Below are positions 19,649 through 27,960 of a stretch of DNA of 64,000 nucleotides, one piece after another. The translations under genes and the position numbers were made by a program. Numbering within the stretch: position 1 is the stretch's first letter; each line of letters opens with the position of its first letter. Origin of the DNA: Gemmatimonadota bacterium (lineage in GTDB: Bacteria > Gemmatimonadota > Gemmatimonadetes > Palauibacterales > Palauibacteraceae); the NCBI GenBank assembly GCA_039588275.1, contig JBDHAC010000028.1, positions 1,782-65,781 on the forward strand, in the 5' to 3' direction. The notes under the pieces were generated by a model. The model was given only the letters and a program-made list of their open reading frames with translations, was not told the DNA's origin and ran no database searches.

Positions 19649-21096
19649 GCGCGCTGGAGCAGAGCCCCCCGCTCGAGATCCACGAGCGGGGCCACGTACT
19701 CCCCGGACCAGCATGCGTCGCAGAACGGGCCGAACTGCTCGACGCACGCGTGCATGCCCTCCATCGAGAGATAACCGAGCGACTCCACGCCCAGGTGCGC
19801 GGCGATCTCCTCGACCGAGTGCGTCGATCCGATTAGCTCCTCCTTGGTCGGCATGTCGATGCCGTAATAGCAGGGGAACCGCACCGGAGGCGACGCCACT
19901 CGGAAGTGCACCTCGCTCGCACCCGTCTCTCGCAGGAGCGACACCAGCCCTCGGCTCGTCGTACCCCGCACGAGCGAATCATCCACGACCACGAGACGTC
20001 TGCCCTCGATCAGCTCGCGGACCGGGTTGTACTTGACGCGCACCCAGAAATCCCGCCCCGCCTGCGTCGGGTGAATGAAGGTGCGGCCGACATAGTGATT
20101 GCGGATCAGGGCCAACTCGTACGGGAGCCCGGACTCCTCGGCATAGCCGAGTGCCGCCGAGTTGGAGGAGTCGGGCACGGCGAACACGCAATCCGCCTCC
20201 ACGGCATGCTCTCGCGCGAGCTGCCGTCCGAACAACCGGCGGGCGCTATCGACGCTGCACCCCCACATCTGCGAATCGGGACGGGCGAAATAGACGAGCT
20301 CGAATAGACACGAGCTGGCCGCGGCGGGTGGGAGGGGCCGGAGCTCCTCGATGTGGCCGTCCCGGATGCAGAGCACTTCGCCTGGGCGAACATCGCGGAC
20401 GTACACCGCGCCGATGATATCGAGCGCACAGGTCTCCGATGCCACCACGACCGCCTCGCCCAGACGCCCGAGCACCAGGGGCCTGAAGCCCCTCGGATCC
20501 CTGGTCGCGTACAGACGGTCCCCGAGGCAGAGGACGAGCGAGAACGCGCCCGTGACCTGCGACAGCGCATCATCGACCTTCTGATCTTCCTCGCCCCTAC
20601 GCGATCTCGCGATCAGGTGGATGATCGCTTCGGAATCGCTGTCGGTCTGGAAGATCGCGCCCTCGCGCCCGAGCCGCTCTCGGAGCTCCCTCGCGTTGGT
20701 CAGGTTCCCGTTGTGCGCGAGCGCCAGCGGGCCGCGCCGATAGTCGACGAGCATCGGCTGTGCGTTCCGCAGCTGAGACCCTCCGGCGGTCGAGTAGCGG
20801 ACGTGCCCGATCGCCACGGAGCCCTTCAACCCGCGGATGGTCGAGTCGTCGAAGACGTCGGCCACCAGTCCCATGCCACGGTGTGCGTGCGATCCGCCGT
20901 CCTCGTCGATGGACACGATTCCGGCCGACTCCTGACCGCGGTGCTGGAGGGCGTACAGGCCGAGGAACGTCAGCTCGGCCGCGGCCTTCGACCCGCTCAC
21001 CGCGAAGATCCCGCACTCCTCGCGCGGCTTGTTGTCGGACCGCACTACGTTGCGGGCCGACACGGCGTCGTCGTTCTGGCTGATTGGCTTACTCAC
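19645..21096 (-). CDS. purF: amidophosphoribosyltransferase
   Basis: Propeptide then the catalytic CGIFAV; GHVRYSTAG; PRTase motif VVVDDSLVRGTT. Confidence 0.95.
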   Translation of the reverse strand: MSKPISQNDDAVSARNVVRSDNKPREECGIFAVSGSKAAAELTFLGLYALQHRGQESAGIVSIDEDGGSHAHRGMGLVADVFDDSTIRGLKGSVAIGHVRYSTAGGSQLRNAQPMLVDYRRGPLALAHNGNLTNARELRERLGREGAIFQTDSDSEAIIHLIARSRRGEEDQKVDDALSQVTGAFSLVLCLGDRLYATRDPRGFRPLVLGRLGEAVVVASETCALDIIGAVYVRDVRPGEVLCIRDGHIEELRPLPPAAASSCLFELVYFARPDSQMWGCSVDSARRLFGRQLAREHAVEADCVFAVPDSSNSAALGYAEESGLPYELALIRNHYVGRTFIHPTQAGRDFWVRVKYNPVRELIEGRRLVVVDDSLVRGTTSRGLVSLLRETGASEVHFRVASPPVRFPCYYGIDMPTKEELIGSTHSVEEIAAHLGVESLGYLSMEGMHACVEQFGPFCDACWSGEYVAPLVDLERGALLQRA

Positions 21097-21132
21097 GACG
21101 TCGTCGGGACTCCGTCGGCAGATCTGACTGGT

Positions 21133-22071
21133 TCAGGTATAGAGCTCGCGACCGACGATGCGTCGGTACGCCTCGCGATATCGCTGTGAGGTGGCTTCCA
21201 CCACCTCGGCGGGAAGCGGCGGGGCGGGCGGGTTACGGTCCCACTCCCCCTGCCGCACTCGATCGTCCAAATAGTCTCTCACCGGCTGCTTGTCCAGAGA
21301 AGGCTGTCCGCGGCCCGGGGCGTACGTGTCGGCCGGCCAGAATCTGGAGGAGTCCGGTGTCATGGTCTCATCGATCAGAATGATGCTTCCATCCTCCGTC
21401 GTTCCGAACTCGAATTTGGTGTCGGCCAGGAGCATCCCGCGCTCTCTCAGATACTCGCGACCGAATCGGTACAGCGAGAGCGCCAGGTGGCGCAGTCGGT
21501 CGGCCGTGTCGCGACCCACGATCTCGCCCATCCGCTCGAACGTGATGTTCTCGTCGTGCCCTTCGGCGGCCTTCGTGGCCGGCGAGAAGATCGGGTCGGG
21601 GAGCTCGGATGATTCCTGCAACCCCTCCGGCAACGGCTCGCCAGCCAGTGTCCCGCTCTCTCGATACTCCTTCCACGCGGAGCCCGAGATGAAGCCCCGC
21701 ACCACGCACTCGACCGGGAACGGCTTGGCTCGGCGCACGAGCATCCCCCGGTGGCTCCACTCCGGCCGCGTCGGACCCAGCTCGGGGGCCCTGGCGACGA
21801 TCTCGTCGGGATCGGCCGCCAGAAGGTGGTTCTCGACGACCTCGCGCGTGCGCCCGAACCAGAAAGCGGACAGTTGGGTGAGCACGGCACCCTTGTCGGG
21901 AATCGGATCCGGAAGGATGCAGTCGAACGCGCTGATCCGGTCGGTGGCGACCAACAGCAGTCGCTCTCCGAGGTCGTACATGGACCGCACCTTCCCCTCG
22001 CGGAGGAGAGGGAAGGACAATTCGATTCGATGACGTGCAGTCGGAACGGCCGTGGGTGTTTCCTGTGTCAT
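21133..22071 (-). CDS. purC: phosphoribosylaminoimidazole-succinocarboxamide synthase
   Basis: ORF 21133..22116. ATG 22071 gives MTQETP... REGKVRSMYD...LLLVATDRISAFD; LADTKFEFG. Confidence 0.92.
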   Translation of the reverse strand: MTQETPTAVPTARHRIELSFPLLREGKVRSMYDLGERLLLVATDRISAFDCILPDPIPDKGAVLTQLSAFWFGRTREVVENHLLAADPDEIVARAPELGPTRPEWSHRGMLVRRAKPFPVECVVRGFISGSAWKEYRESGTLAGEPLPEGLQESSELPDPIFSPATKAAEGHDENITFERMGEIVGRDTADRLRHLALSLYRFGREYLRERGMLLADTKFEFGTTEDGSIILIDETMTPDSSRFWPADTYAPGRGQPSLDKQPVRDYLDDRVRQGEWDRNPPAPPLPAEVVEATSQRYREAYRRIVGRELYT

Positions 22072-22147
22072 GATCCGTGTGTGGTTTCGGTTGGACAGGT
22101 GGCCGAAGGACTCCAACGCGTCGGCGATCTGCCAGAGGAACTTGGAT

Positions 22148-23578
22148 TCAAACCCGTAGCTCCAGCGCCGGCTCCCGCGCCCCGGCAGCCTCGAGTATCG
22201 GCTCGATACGGCGCTCGAGAAAGCGCTCGACTTGCTCGGCGCTCCGCCCCGTCAGTTTCGCTGGATCGGCGAGGGCCCGCACCTCGTCCTCGTTCAAGGG
22301 GAACGCTTCATCTCCGGAGATCCGAGACAGGAAATCGTTGTCGGTCGCGCCCTCGTCGAGGCGAGCGCGGGCCGCCAGCGCATGTCCCCGGACACGCTCG
22401 TGCAGCTCCTGCCGATCGCCCCCCGCGCGCACACCGGCGATAAGGATCTCCTCGGTGACCAGGAAAGGGAGGGCGTGCTCGAGCCGCTGTCGGATCATGG
22501 CGGGGTGCACGACCAGCCCGGACGCCACATCGCGCATGAGGATCAGGATCGCATCGGCCGTCAGGTGGGCCTCCGGCAGCGCGATCCGCCGGTTCGCGGA
22601 GTCATCCAACGTACGCTCGAACCACTGCACGGCTGCGGTCCACGATCCGTCGAGCTCCAGCACGCACAGATGGCGGGCCAGGGCGCAGATCCGTTCAGAT
22701 CGCATCGGGTTCCGCTTGTAGGGCATGGCGGACGATCCGATCTGCCGCGTACCGAAAGGCTCTTCGATCTCCCCGAACGACTGGAGGAGGCGGATGTCGT
22801 GACCGAACCTGGATGCGCTCGCTCCGATGCCAGCGAGGATCCCGAGGACGCGGTGGTCCACTTTGCGCGGGTAGGTCTGCCCGACCACGTCGTAGTGGCC
22901 GCCGAACCCGAAGCGTTCCGCGAGACGTTCGTTGAGGGCGTCCACCTTGGCGCCGTCCCCGCCGAACAGCTTGAGAAAGGTCGCCTCGGTGCCCGTCGTG
23001 CCGCGCGCCCCGCGGAGCCGGAGCTCGGCGAGGCCCGCCTCGATCTGCTCGAGGTCCATCACGAGATCCTGCAGCCACAGACAGGCGCGTTTGCCCACCG
23101 TAGTAGGCTGGGCCGGCTGCAGGTGGGTGTATCCGACGGTGGGGAGATCGCGGTATTCGCGCGCGAACTCGCCCAGCGCATCGATCGCGCCGAGGACCCG
23201 CTCGCGGACGATCCGCATCGCATCGCGGTGCTGGATCAGGCCGGCGTTGTCTCCCACGAACGCGCTCGTGGCCCCCAGGTGGATGTATCCCCTGGCCTCG
23301 GGAGCCGCCTCGCCGAAGTGGTGCACGTGGGCCATGACATCGTGGCGCAGCTCGCGTTCGAGCTCGGCCACGCGCTCGAGGTCGATCCGCTCGCGCGCGG
23401 CCCGCATGGCGGCGATGGCAGCGTCTGGAATATCGACACCGAGATCGCGCTCCTCCTCCGCGAGCGCGATCCACAGGTCGCGCCAGATGAGCGTCTGGCC
23501 ATGGGGCGAAAAGATCCCCGCTACTTCCGCCGAGGCGTAGCGGTCTATGAGGGGGTGGGGGTAACGGATCTGGGTCAG
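22148..23578 (-). CDS. purB: adenylosuccinate lyase (start apparently CTG at 23578)
   Basis: Track ORF 22148..23407 begins mid-protein. The in-frame upstream translation (my own) reads LTQIRYPHPLIDRYASAEVAGIFSPHGQTLIWRDLWIALAEEERDLGVDIPDAAIAA-M..., a typical PurB N-terminus. There is no ATG/GTG/TTG there. CTG 23578-23576 has GGAGG 6 nt upstream and overlaps the htrA stop (CTGA). Confidence 0.88.
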   Translation of the reverse strand: MTQIRYPHPLIDRYASAEVAGIFSPHGQTLIWRDLWIALAEEERDLGVDIPDAAIAAMRAARERIDLERVAELERELRHDVMAHVHHFGEAAPEARGYIHLGATSAFVGDNAGLIQHRDAMRIVRERVLGAIDALGEFAREYRDLPTVGYTHLQPAQPTTVGKRACLWLQDLVMDLEQIEAGLAELRLRGARGTTGTEATFLKLFGGDGAKVDALNERLAERFGFGGHYDVVGQTYPRKVDHRVLGILAGIGASASRFGHDIRLLQSFGEIEEPFGTRQIGSSAMPYKRNPMRSERICALARHLCVLELDGSWTAAVQWFERTLDDSANRRIALPEAHLTADAILILMRDVASGLVVHPAMIRQRLEHALPFLVTEEILIAGVRAGGDRQELHERVRGHALAARARLDEGATDNDFLSRISGDEAFPLNEDEVRALADPAKLTGRSAEQVERFLERRIEPILEAAGAREPALELRV

Positions 23579-25140
23579 CGCTGGCCTCCGATGTAGAACG
23601 GAATGACGCCGCGTCGGGCGCCACGGGCGACGTTCGCACGAACGCGGCTTCCTCCGCGTTGTTCTCCATAGTAACGGAAAAGATCGGCGGCGTCCTCGGC
23701 CGTCTGCACCTCGTTCGCGTTGATCCCGAAGATCACGTCGTTCTGGCGGAGCCCCGTGATGTTCGCCGTCCGCCCATCGATATCCACGATCCAGGCGCCG
23801 AACTCGAGGCTGAATCCTCGCTCCTGCGCGATCTGGGGCGTCACCGTCGCCAGCCTGAGACCCGCGAGTACCTCGACCGGCTGGGCCCGCTCCGAGGGAA
23901 CCTCTTCGACCTGTAGACTGCTCGTCAGCAGGCGGCCGCCGCGCCGGTACTCGACCTGGACCACGCTGTTGACCCCGGCCTCCTCGAGGGCCACCTCCCA
24001 GTCCAGCTCGTGATTGACCCGCTTGCCGTTGGCCGATACGACCACGTCGCCGGGCCGGAGCCCGGCGGCTTCGCCAGGCGAGTCCTCGACCACGCGCTCG
24101 ATGACGGCGACGCCGAACATGTCGCCGGTCGAGCGGCGGATTACATCAAACCCGACCCACGGCCGCCGTACCCGGCCGAACTCGACCAACTCCGCGGCGA
24201 CGCGCCGCGCCCGGTCCATCGGGATCGCGAAGCCGAGCCCCTCCGAGCCCCCCGATCGTGAAAAGATCGAAGAGTTGACACCGACGACCTCGCCATCGGC
24301 GTTGACGAGGGGACCGCCCGAATTGCCGGGGTTGATCGCCGCGTCGGTCTGGATCATGTCGGCGTACAGAACCTCGTCCCCGCTCCCGCGGATGTCGCGC
24401 CCCACGCCGCTGATCACACCGGTCGTGACCGTCGCCTCGGTGTTTTCGAGCTGGAAGCCCGAGGGGTTGCCGATCGCGATCGCCGGCTCGCCGACGAAAA
24501 GGTCCGATGAAGTCCCGAGCGGGGCGGGTGGGATCACGCCGCGCTCGACCTTGACCACCGCCAGATCCGTGAACTCGTCCGAGCCGATCAGCTCCGCGGA
24601 AAGCAGCCGACCCTCCTCGTCGATCACGACGATGGAGTCGGCGTCCCTAATGACGTGCTGATTGGTGAGGATCGTCCCGTCCGCATCGATGGCGAACCCC
24701 GATCCCAGCCCCGGGACGGTGCGGGAACGGCCGCCGCGCTGGAAGAACTCATCGAACAGCGTACGCGGGGCCGTGACTGTCCGCGTGGTGCGGATGCTGA
24801 CCACCGACGGCGCCACCCGCCTCGCCGCCGCTGCGATCGGCGTCAGCCTCGCGCTGCTGACCGAGCCCTGGCTCTGGTCGGTCGCGGGAGTCGAGGGTCG
24901 TGTCGGGGCGCTTACCGGGGACGTGGGTGGTGAGCCCCCCGTCAGGTTGAGGGTGGGCTCGGTTGCGGACGAGGCGGGGGTGGCTTCCGCGCTTCCGCGC
25001 CGGAGCGCGACGAGCGCGCCCACGCTCAGCCCCCCGACGAAGAGGACCACGAGCGTGATCGAGAGACCGAGTGTGCTGCGGGCCTGTGCGCTGGGTCCGT
25101 CCAACTGTGCTCCGTTCGAATCAACCCGGTCCGGTGCCAC
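23575..25140 (-). CDS. htrA: HtrA/DegP/DegQ-family periplasmic serine protease with two PDZ domains
   Basis: Catalytic triad context TNQHV...DLAVV...GNSGGPLV, followed by PDZ-like regions. N-terminal TM plus a Pro/Ser/Thr-rich linker. Confidence 0.9.
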   Translation of the reverse strand: MAPDRVDSNGAQLDGPSAQARSTLGLSITLVVLFVGGLSVGALVALRRGSAEATPASSATEPTLNLTGGSPPTSPVSAPTRPSTPATDQSQGSVSSARLTPIAAAARRVAPSVVSIRTTRTVTAPRTLFDEFFQRGGRSRTVPGLGSGFAIDADGTILTNQHVIRDADSIVVIDEEGRLLSAELIGSDEFTDLAVVKVERGVIPPAPLGTSSDLFVGEPAIAIGNPSGFQLENTEATVTTGVISGVGRDIRGSGDEVLYADMIQTDAAINPGNSGGPLVNADGEVVGVNSSIFSRSGGSEGLGFAIPMDRARRVAAELVEFGRVRRPWVGFDVIRRSTGDMFGVAVIERVVEDSPGEAAGLRPGDVVVSANGKRVNHELDWEVALEEAGVNSVVQVEYRRGGRLLTSSLQVEEVPSERAQPVEVLAGLRLATVTPQIAQERGFSLEFGAWIVDIDGRTANITGLRQNDVIFGINANEVQTAEDAADLFRYYGEQRGGSRVRANVARGARRGVIPFYIGGQR

Positions 25141-25161
25141 GCCTCCACCCGGTCCGGTGGG

Positions 25162-25971
25162 TCACGGCCCTCCGAGCACGGGTAGTCCCGGTATGCCCGA
25201 AGGCCGATTCCATTCGTCCGCGTATCTCACCCCGGTCAGATACAGTCCCCAGGGTGGCGCCGGTGACGGGGGCCGCGCGTCTCGCTCGGCGAGCAGCGAT
25301 TCGAACTCAACGGCCTCTCGTCGTCCGGTTGCGACCTCCACCAGCGTGCCGACGAGATATCGTACCATATGATGGAGGAAGCGATCCCCTACGATTCTGA
25401 ACACGTGGTCAGCGGCAGCGTTGAGCTCCCACAGGGCTTCCTCCACGCGGCACCGAGTCCCGCGCTCCGGCTGTCCGGCCTTGGCGAAGGATCCGAACGA
25501 CCGCTCGCCCGGCACGAGAGCCGCGAGCCGCGAGAGTTGGTCCCCGTCGATCGGCCGGTCGACGACCCACACGCGCCGACTTCGAAGCGGCGATGCCGCC
25601 TCGGGGGCACTCGCGACCAGGTACTCGTAACGGCGCCCCGAGGCGTCGAAGCGGGGGTGAAACCCGTCCGGGGCTCCCCGCACGCGCTCGATCCACACAT
25701 CATTGGGCGTCAGGGCGTTCAGCCCGCGGTCCAGATCGTCGGTTGTCCAACGGGTCGGCGCGTCGAAGGCGATCTCCTGGCCCGTCGCGTGGACTCCCGT
25801 ATCCGTACGGCCTGCGGCGTCGACCCTCGTCGGCGCGTCGAGGAGCCGGCCGAGGGCGGCCTCCACGACACTCTGGACCGTACGCTGGTCCGGCTGGAGC
25901 TGCCAGCCATGGAACGACGATCCATCGTAGTGTACGGTGGCGCGGTATCGCGCCCGCGGCTGCTCGCGCAC
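25162..25971 (-). CDS. truA: tRNA pseudouridine(38-40) synthase
   Basis: YRATVHYDGSSFHGWQLQP; catalytic GRTDTGVHA; FLHHMVR. Confidence 0.92.
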   Translation of the reverse strand: MREQPRARYRATVHYDGSSFHGWQLQPDQRTVQSVVEAALGRLLDAPTRVDAAGRTDTGVHATGQEIAFDAPTRWTTDDLDRGLNALTPNDVWIERVRGAPDGFHPRFDASGRRYEYLVASAPEAASPLRSRRVWVVDRPIDGDQLSRLAALVPGERSFGSFAKAGQPERGTRCRVEEALWELNAAADHVFRIVGDRFLHHMVRYLVGTLVEVATGRREAVEFESLLAERDARPPSPAPPWGLYLTGVRYADEWNRPSGIPGLPVLGGP

Positions 25972-26055
25972 GGCGGCAAGCTACGGGCCGCGATCGACAC
26001 GATCAAACGAGGCCGGAGCGCCTCGCGGCGCTGACCGCAGCGAGGGAGAAGAACG

Positions 26056-27084
26056 TTGAGCGACTCGATCCGGCGTGTGTTCGAAGCGACGCCGATGTCG
26101 GTGGAGGAGGCCGAGGCGGCGTTCGATCGGTTCATGGATGGCTCGGCGACTCCGATCGAGATGGCGGCGCTGCTCACCGCGCTCAAGCTGCGTGGCGAGA
26201 CGGCCCCCGAGATCGCCGGGGGCGTTCGCGCCCTGCGCAAAGCGATGGTGCCGGTGGAGCTCGGGACGCGGCGCGCGGTGGACACGTGCGGGACGGGCGG
26301 CGGCACGCTGACCACATTCAACATTTCGACCGCGGCGGCGTTCGTAGCGGCGGGGGGAGGTGTGCGGGTGGCGAAGCACGGCAACCGCTCTTTTACGTCG
26401 AGCTGTGGAAGCGCGGACCTCCTGGAGCAGCTCGGGATCCCCATCAAGCTCGACCCGGATGCCGCTCCTCGTGTCTTCGAGGATGCCGGCATCGTCTTCC
26501 TGTATGCCCCGGCTTTCCACCCCGCCATGCGTCACGTGGGCCCGGTCCGTCGCGAGCTGGGCGTGACGACGATCATGAATCTCCTCGGGCCGCTGGCGAA
26601 CCCGGCGCGGGTGCGACGGCAGGTGATCGGTGTGGCGAGACCGGAGTTGCTCGGTCTGGTGGGAGAGGCCCTGCACGAGCTGGGACACGAACGCGCGCTC
26701 GTCGCGCACGGAGAGCCGGGCATCGATGAGCTGAGCCCCCTGGGTGTCACGCGCATCGTCCAGCTGGACGAGCGCGAGGTGCGGCACTACGAGCTCTCAC
26801 CGTCCGAGTTCGGCTGGGCGGGCTACCGCGCCGACGAGTTGAGCGGTGCCGACCCCCACGCGAATGTCGAGCGGGTTAGCCGCGTTCTCCGCGGGGAAGA
26901 CCGGGGTGGAGCGCGAGCCGCCGTCCTCCTCAATGCGGCAGCGACGTTCTGGGTCGCGGGCGAGGTCGAGACGGTCGTGGAAGGGATTCAGCGGGCGGAG
27001 ACGTCGATCGATGAAGGTGGCGCGTGGGATGCCCTGGAGCGTCTGCGCGCCGCGACCGTCGCTCATGGTGGATCGGGCGACTGA
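26056..27084 (+). CDS. trpD: anthranilate phosphoribosyltransferase
   Basis: DTCGTGGGT, KHGNRS, PAFHPAM motifs. TTG 26056 is preceded by GAGGGAGAAG; an alternative ATG lies at 26095. Confidence 0.92.
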   Translation: MSDSIRRVFEATPMSVEEAEAAFDRFMDGSATPIEMAALLTALKLRGETAPEIAGGVRALRKAMVPVELGTRRAVDTCGTGGGTLTTFNISTAAAFVAAGGGVRVAKHGNRSFTSSCGSADLLEQLGIPIKLDPDAAPRVFEDAGIVFLYAPAFHPAMRHVGPVRRELGVTTIMNLLGPLANPARVRRQVIGVARPELLGLVGEALHELGHERALVAHGEPGIDELSPLGVTRIVQLDEREVRHYELSPSEFGWAGYRADELSGADPHANVERVSRVLRGEDRGGARAAVLLNAAATFWVAGEVETVVEGIQRAETSIDEGGAWDALERLRAATVAHGGSGD

Positions 27085-27244
27085 GCGGAGGAGACGGGAA
27101 CCTCCGCCCCGACGGTTGTGGGAAAAAGGTGGGAGGTGGGTACCGTCAGGGCGGGCTCCGCTTGTGAACCTACGAGGCTCCCCGTCACCTCATCCTGATC
27201 AACCGCTCTGGCGAGCCGATTGTTTCAGGAAGACCGCTCGCTCC

Positions 27245-27853
27245 TCAGTAGCGTCGAATCACTCCGATCACGACGCCTTGAATGGTTATCCGGTCCGGAT
27301 CGTAGTACATCGGTTCCAGATCCGGGTTTGCCGGCTGCAGCCGCACCCGGCCGTTGTCGCGGAAGAACTTCTTCATCGTCGCATTTTCACCGTCGATGAG
27401 CGCGATCACCATCTCGCCGCTGTGCGCCGTGTCGCGGGATTGGACGATCACGTAGTCGCCGTCTCGGATCTGCTCGTCGATCATCGAACTCCCGCGGACC
27501 CTGAGCACGTAGTGCTGGGCAACGGATCCCGCGATCATGTCCTCGGGCACCGAGATCGACTCCTGCTCCTCGATCGCCTCGATGGGTAGACCTGCGGCGA
27601 CGCTGCCCAGTAACCGCAACTCCACCGCGGCGATGCGAATGTCCGAATCGACCAACTCGATGGAACGGCTCTCGTTGTAGTTCTTCCGGATGTACCCCTT
27701 CGACTGCAGGTTACTCAGGTGCTCGTGCACGGTAGCGAGAGATCGGTATTCGAAGTTCTCCGCGATCTCCTCGAAGCTCGGGGAATAACCGCGGAATCGG
27801 ACGAATCCCTCGATGAAGTCGAGGATCTCGCGCTGGCGCTTTGTGAGAGCCAT
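27245..27853 (-). CDS. lexA: LexA repressor
   Basis: N-terminal winged HTH LTKRQREILDFI...SPSFEEIA...SLATVHEHLSNLQSKGYI. Cleavage-region AAG and the S24 peptidase Ser/Lys context (GSSMID...; ...ATMKKF). Confidence 0.93.
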   Translation of the reverse strand: MALTKRQREILDFIEGFVRFRGYSPSFEEIAENFEYRSLATVHEHLSNLQSKGYIRKNYNESRSIELVDSDIRIAAVELRLLGSVAAGLPIEAIEEQESISVPEDMIAGSVAQHYVLRVRGSSMIDEQIRDGDYVIVQSRDTAHSGEMVIALIDGENATMKKFFRDNGRVRLQPANPDLEPMYYDPDRITIQGVVIGVIRRY

Positions 27854-27923
27854 CTCGTGCCCCCCGGAGGTCGAGCCCGCCTCGACGAGAGGCGGGAAGG
27901 GTCCATGAGGAACAGCTCATTGA

Positions 27924-27960
27924 CCGAACGGAAACCGAATATACCCGAATAAGTACCGAA
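27924..27960. promoter_or_regulatory. four phased CCGAA direct repeats in the lexA / amidohydrolase divergent region (candidate operator)
   Basis: CCGAA at 27924, 27935, 27945 and 27956 (spacing 11, 10, 11 bp), embedded in the only AT-rich patch of the gap (GAATATACCCGAATAAGTACCGAA). It abuts GTG 27961. Confidence 0.3.

Noticed and set aside
27085-27244. Possible degenerate copy of the repeat family between trpD and lexA (CACCTCATCCTGATCAACC vs ...CCTCTCCTGATGGGGA), and a hairpin GCGGAGG...CCTCCGC at 27085-27107
   Set aside because: The similarity is limited to about 10 nt. There is no L block or CCTACGGTCG box. The hairpin is short and lacks a U-tail, so it is too weak to call.
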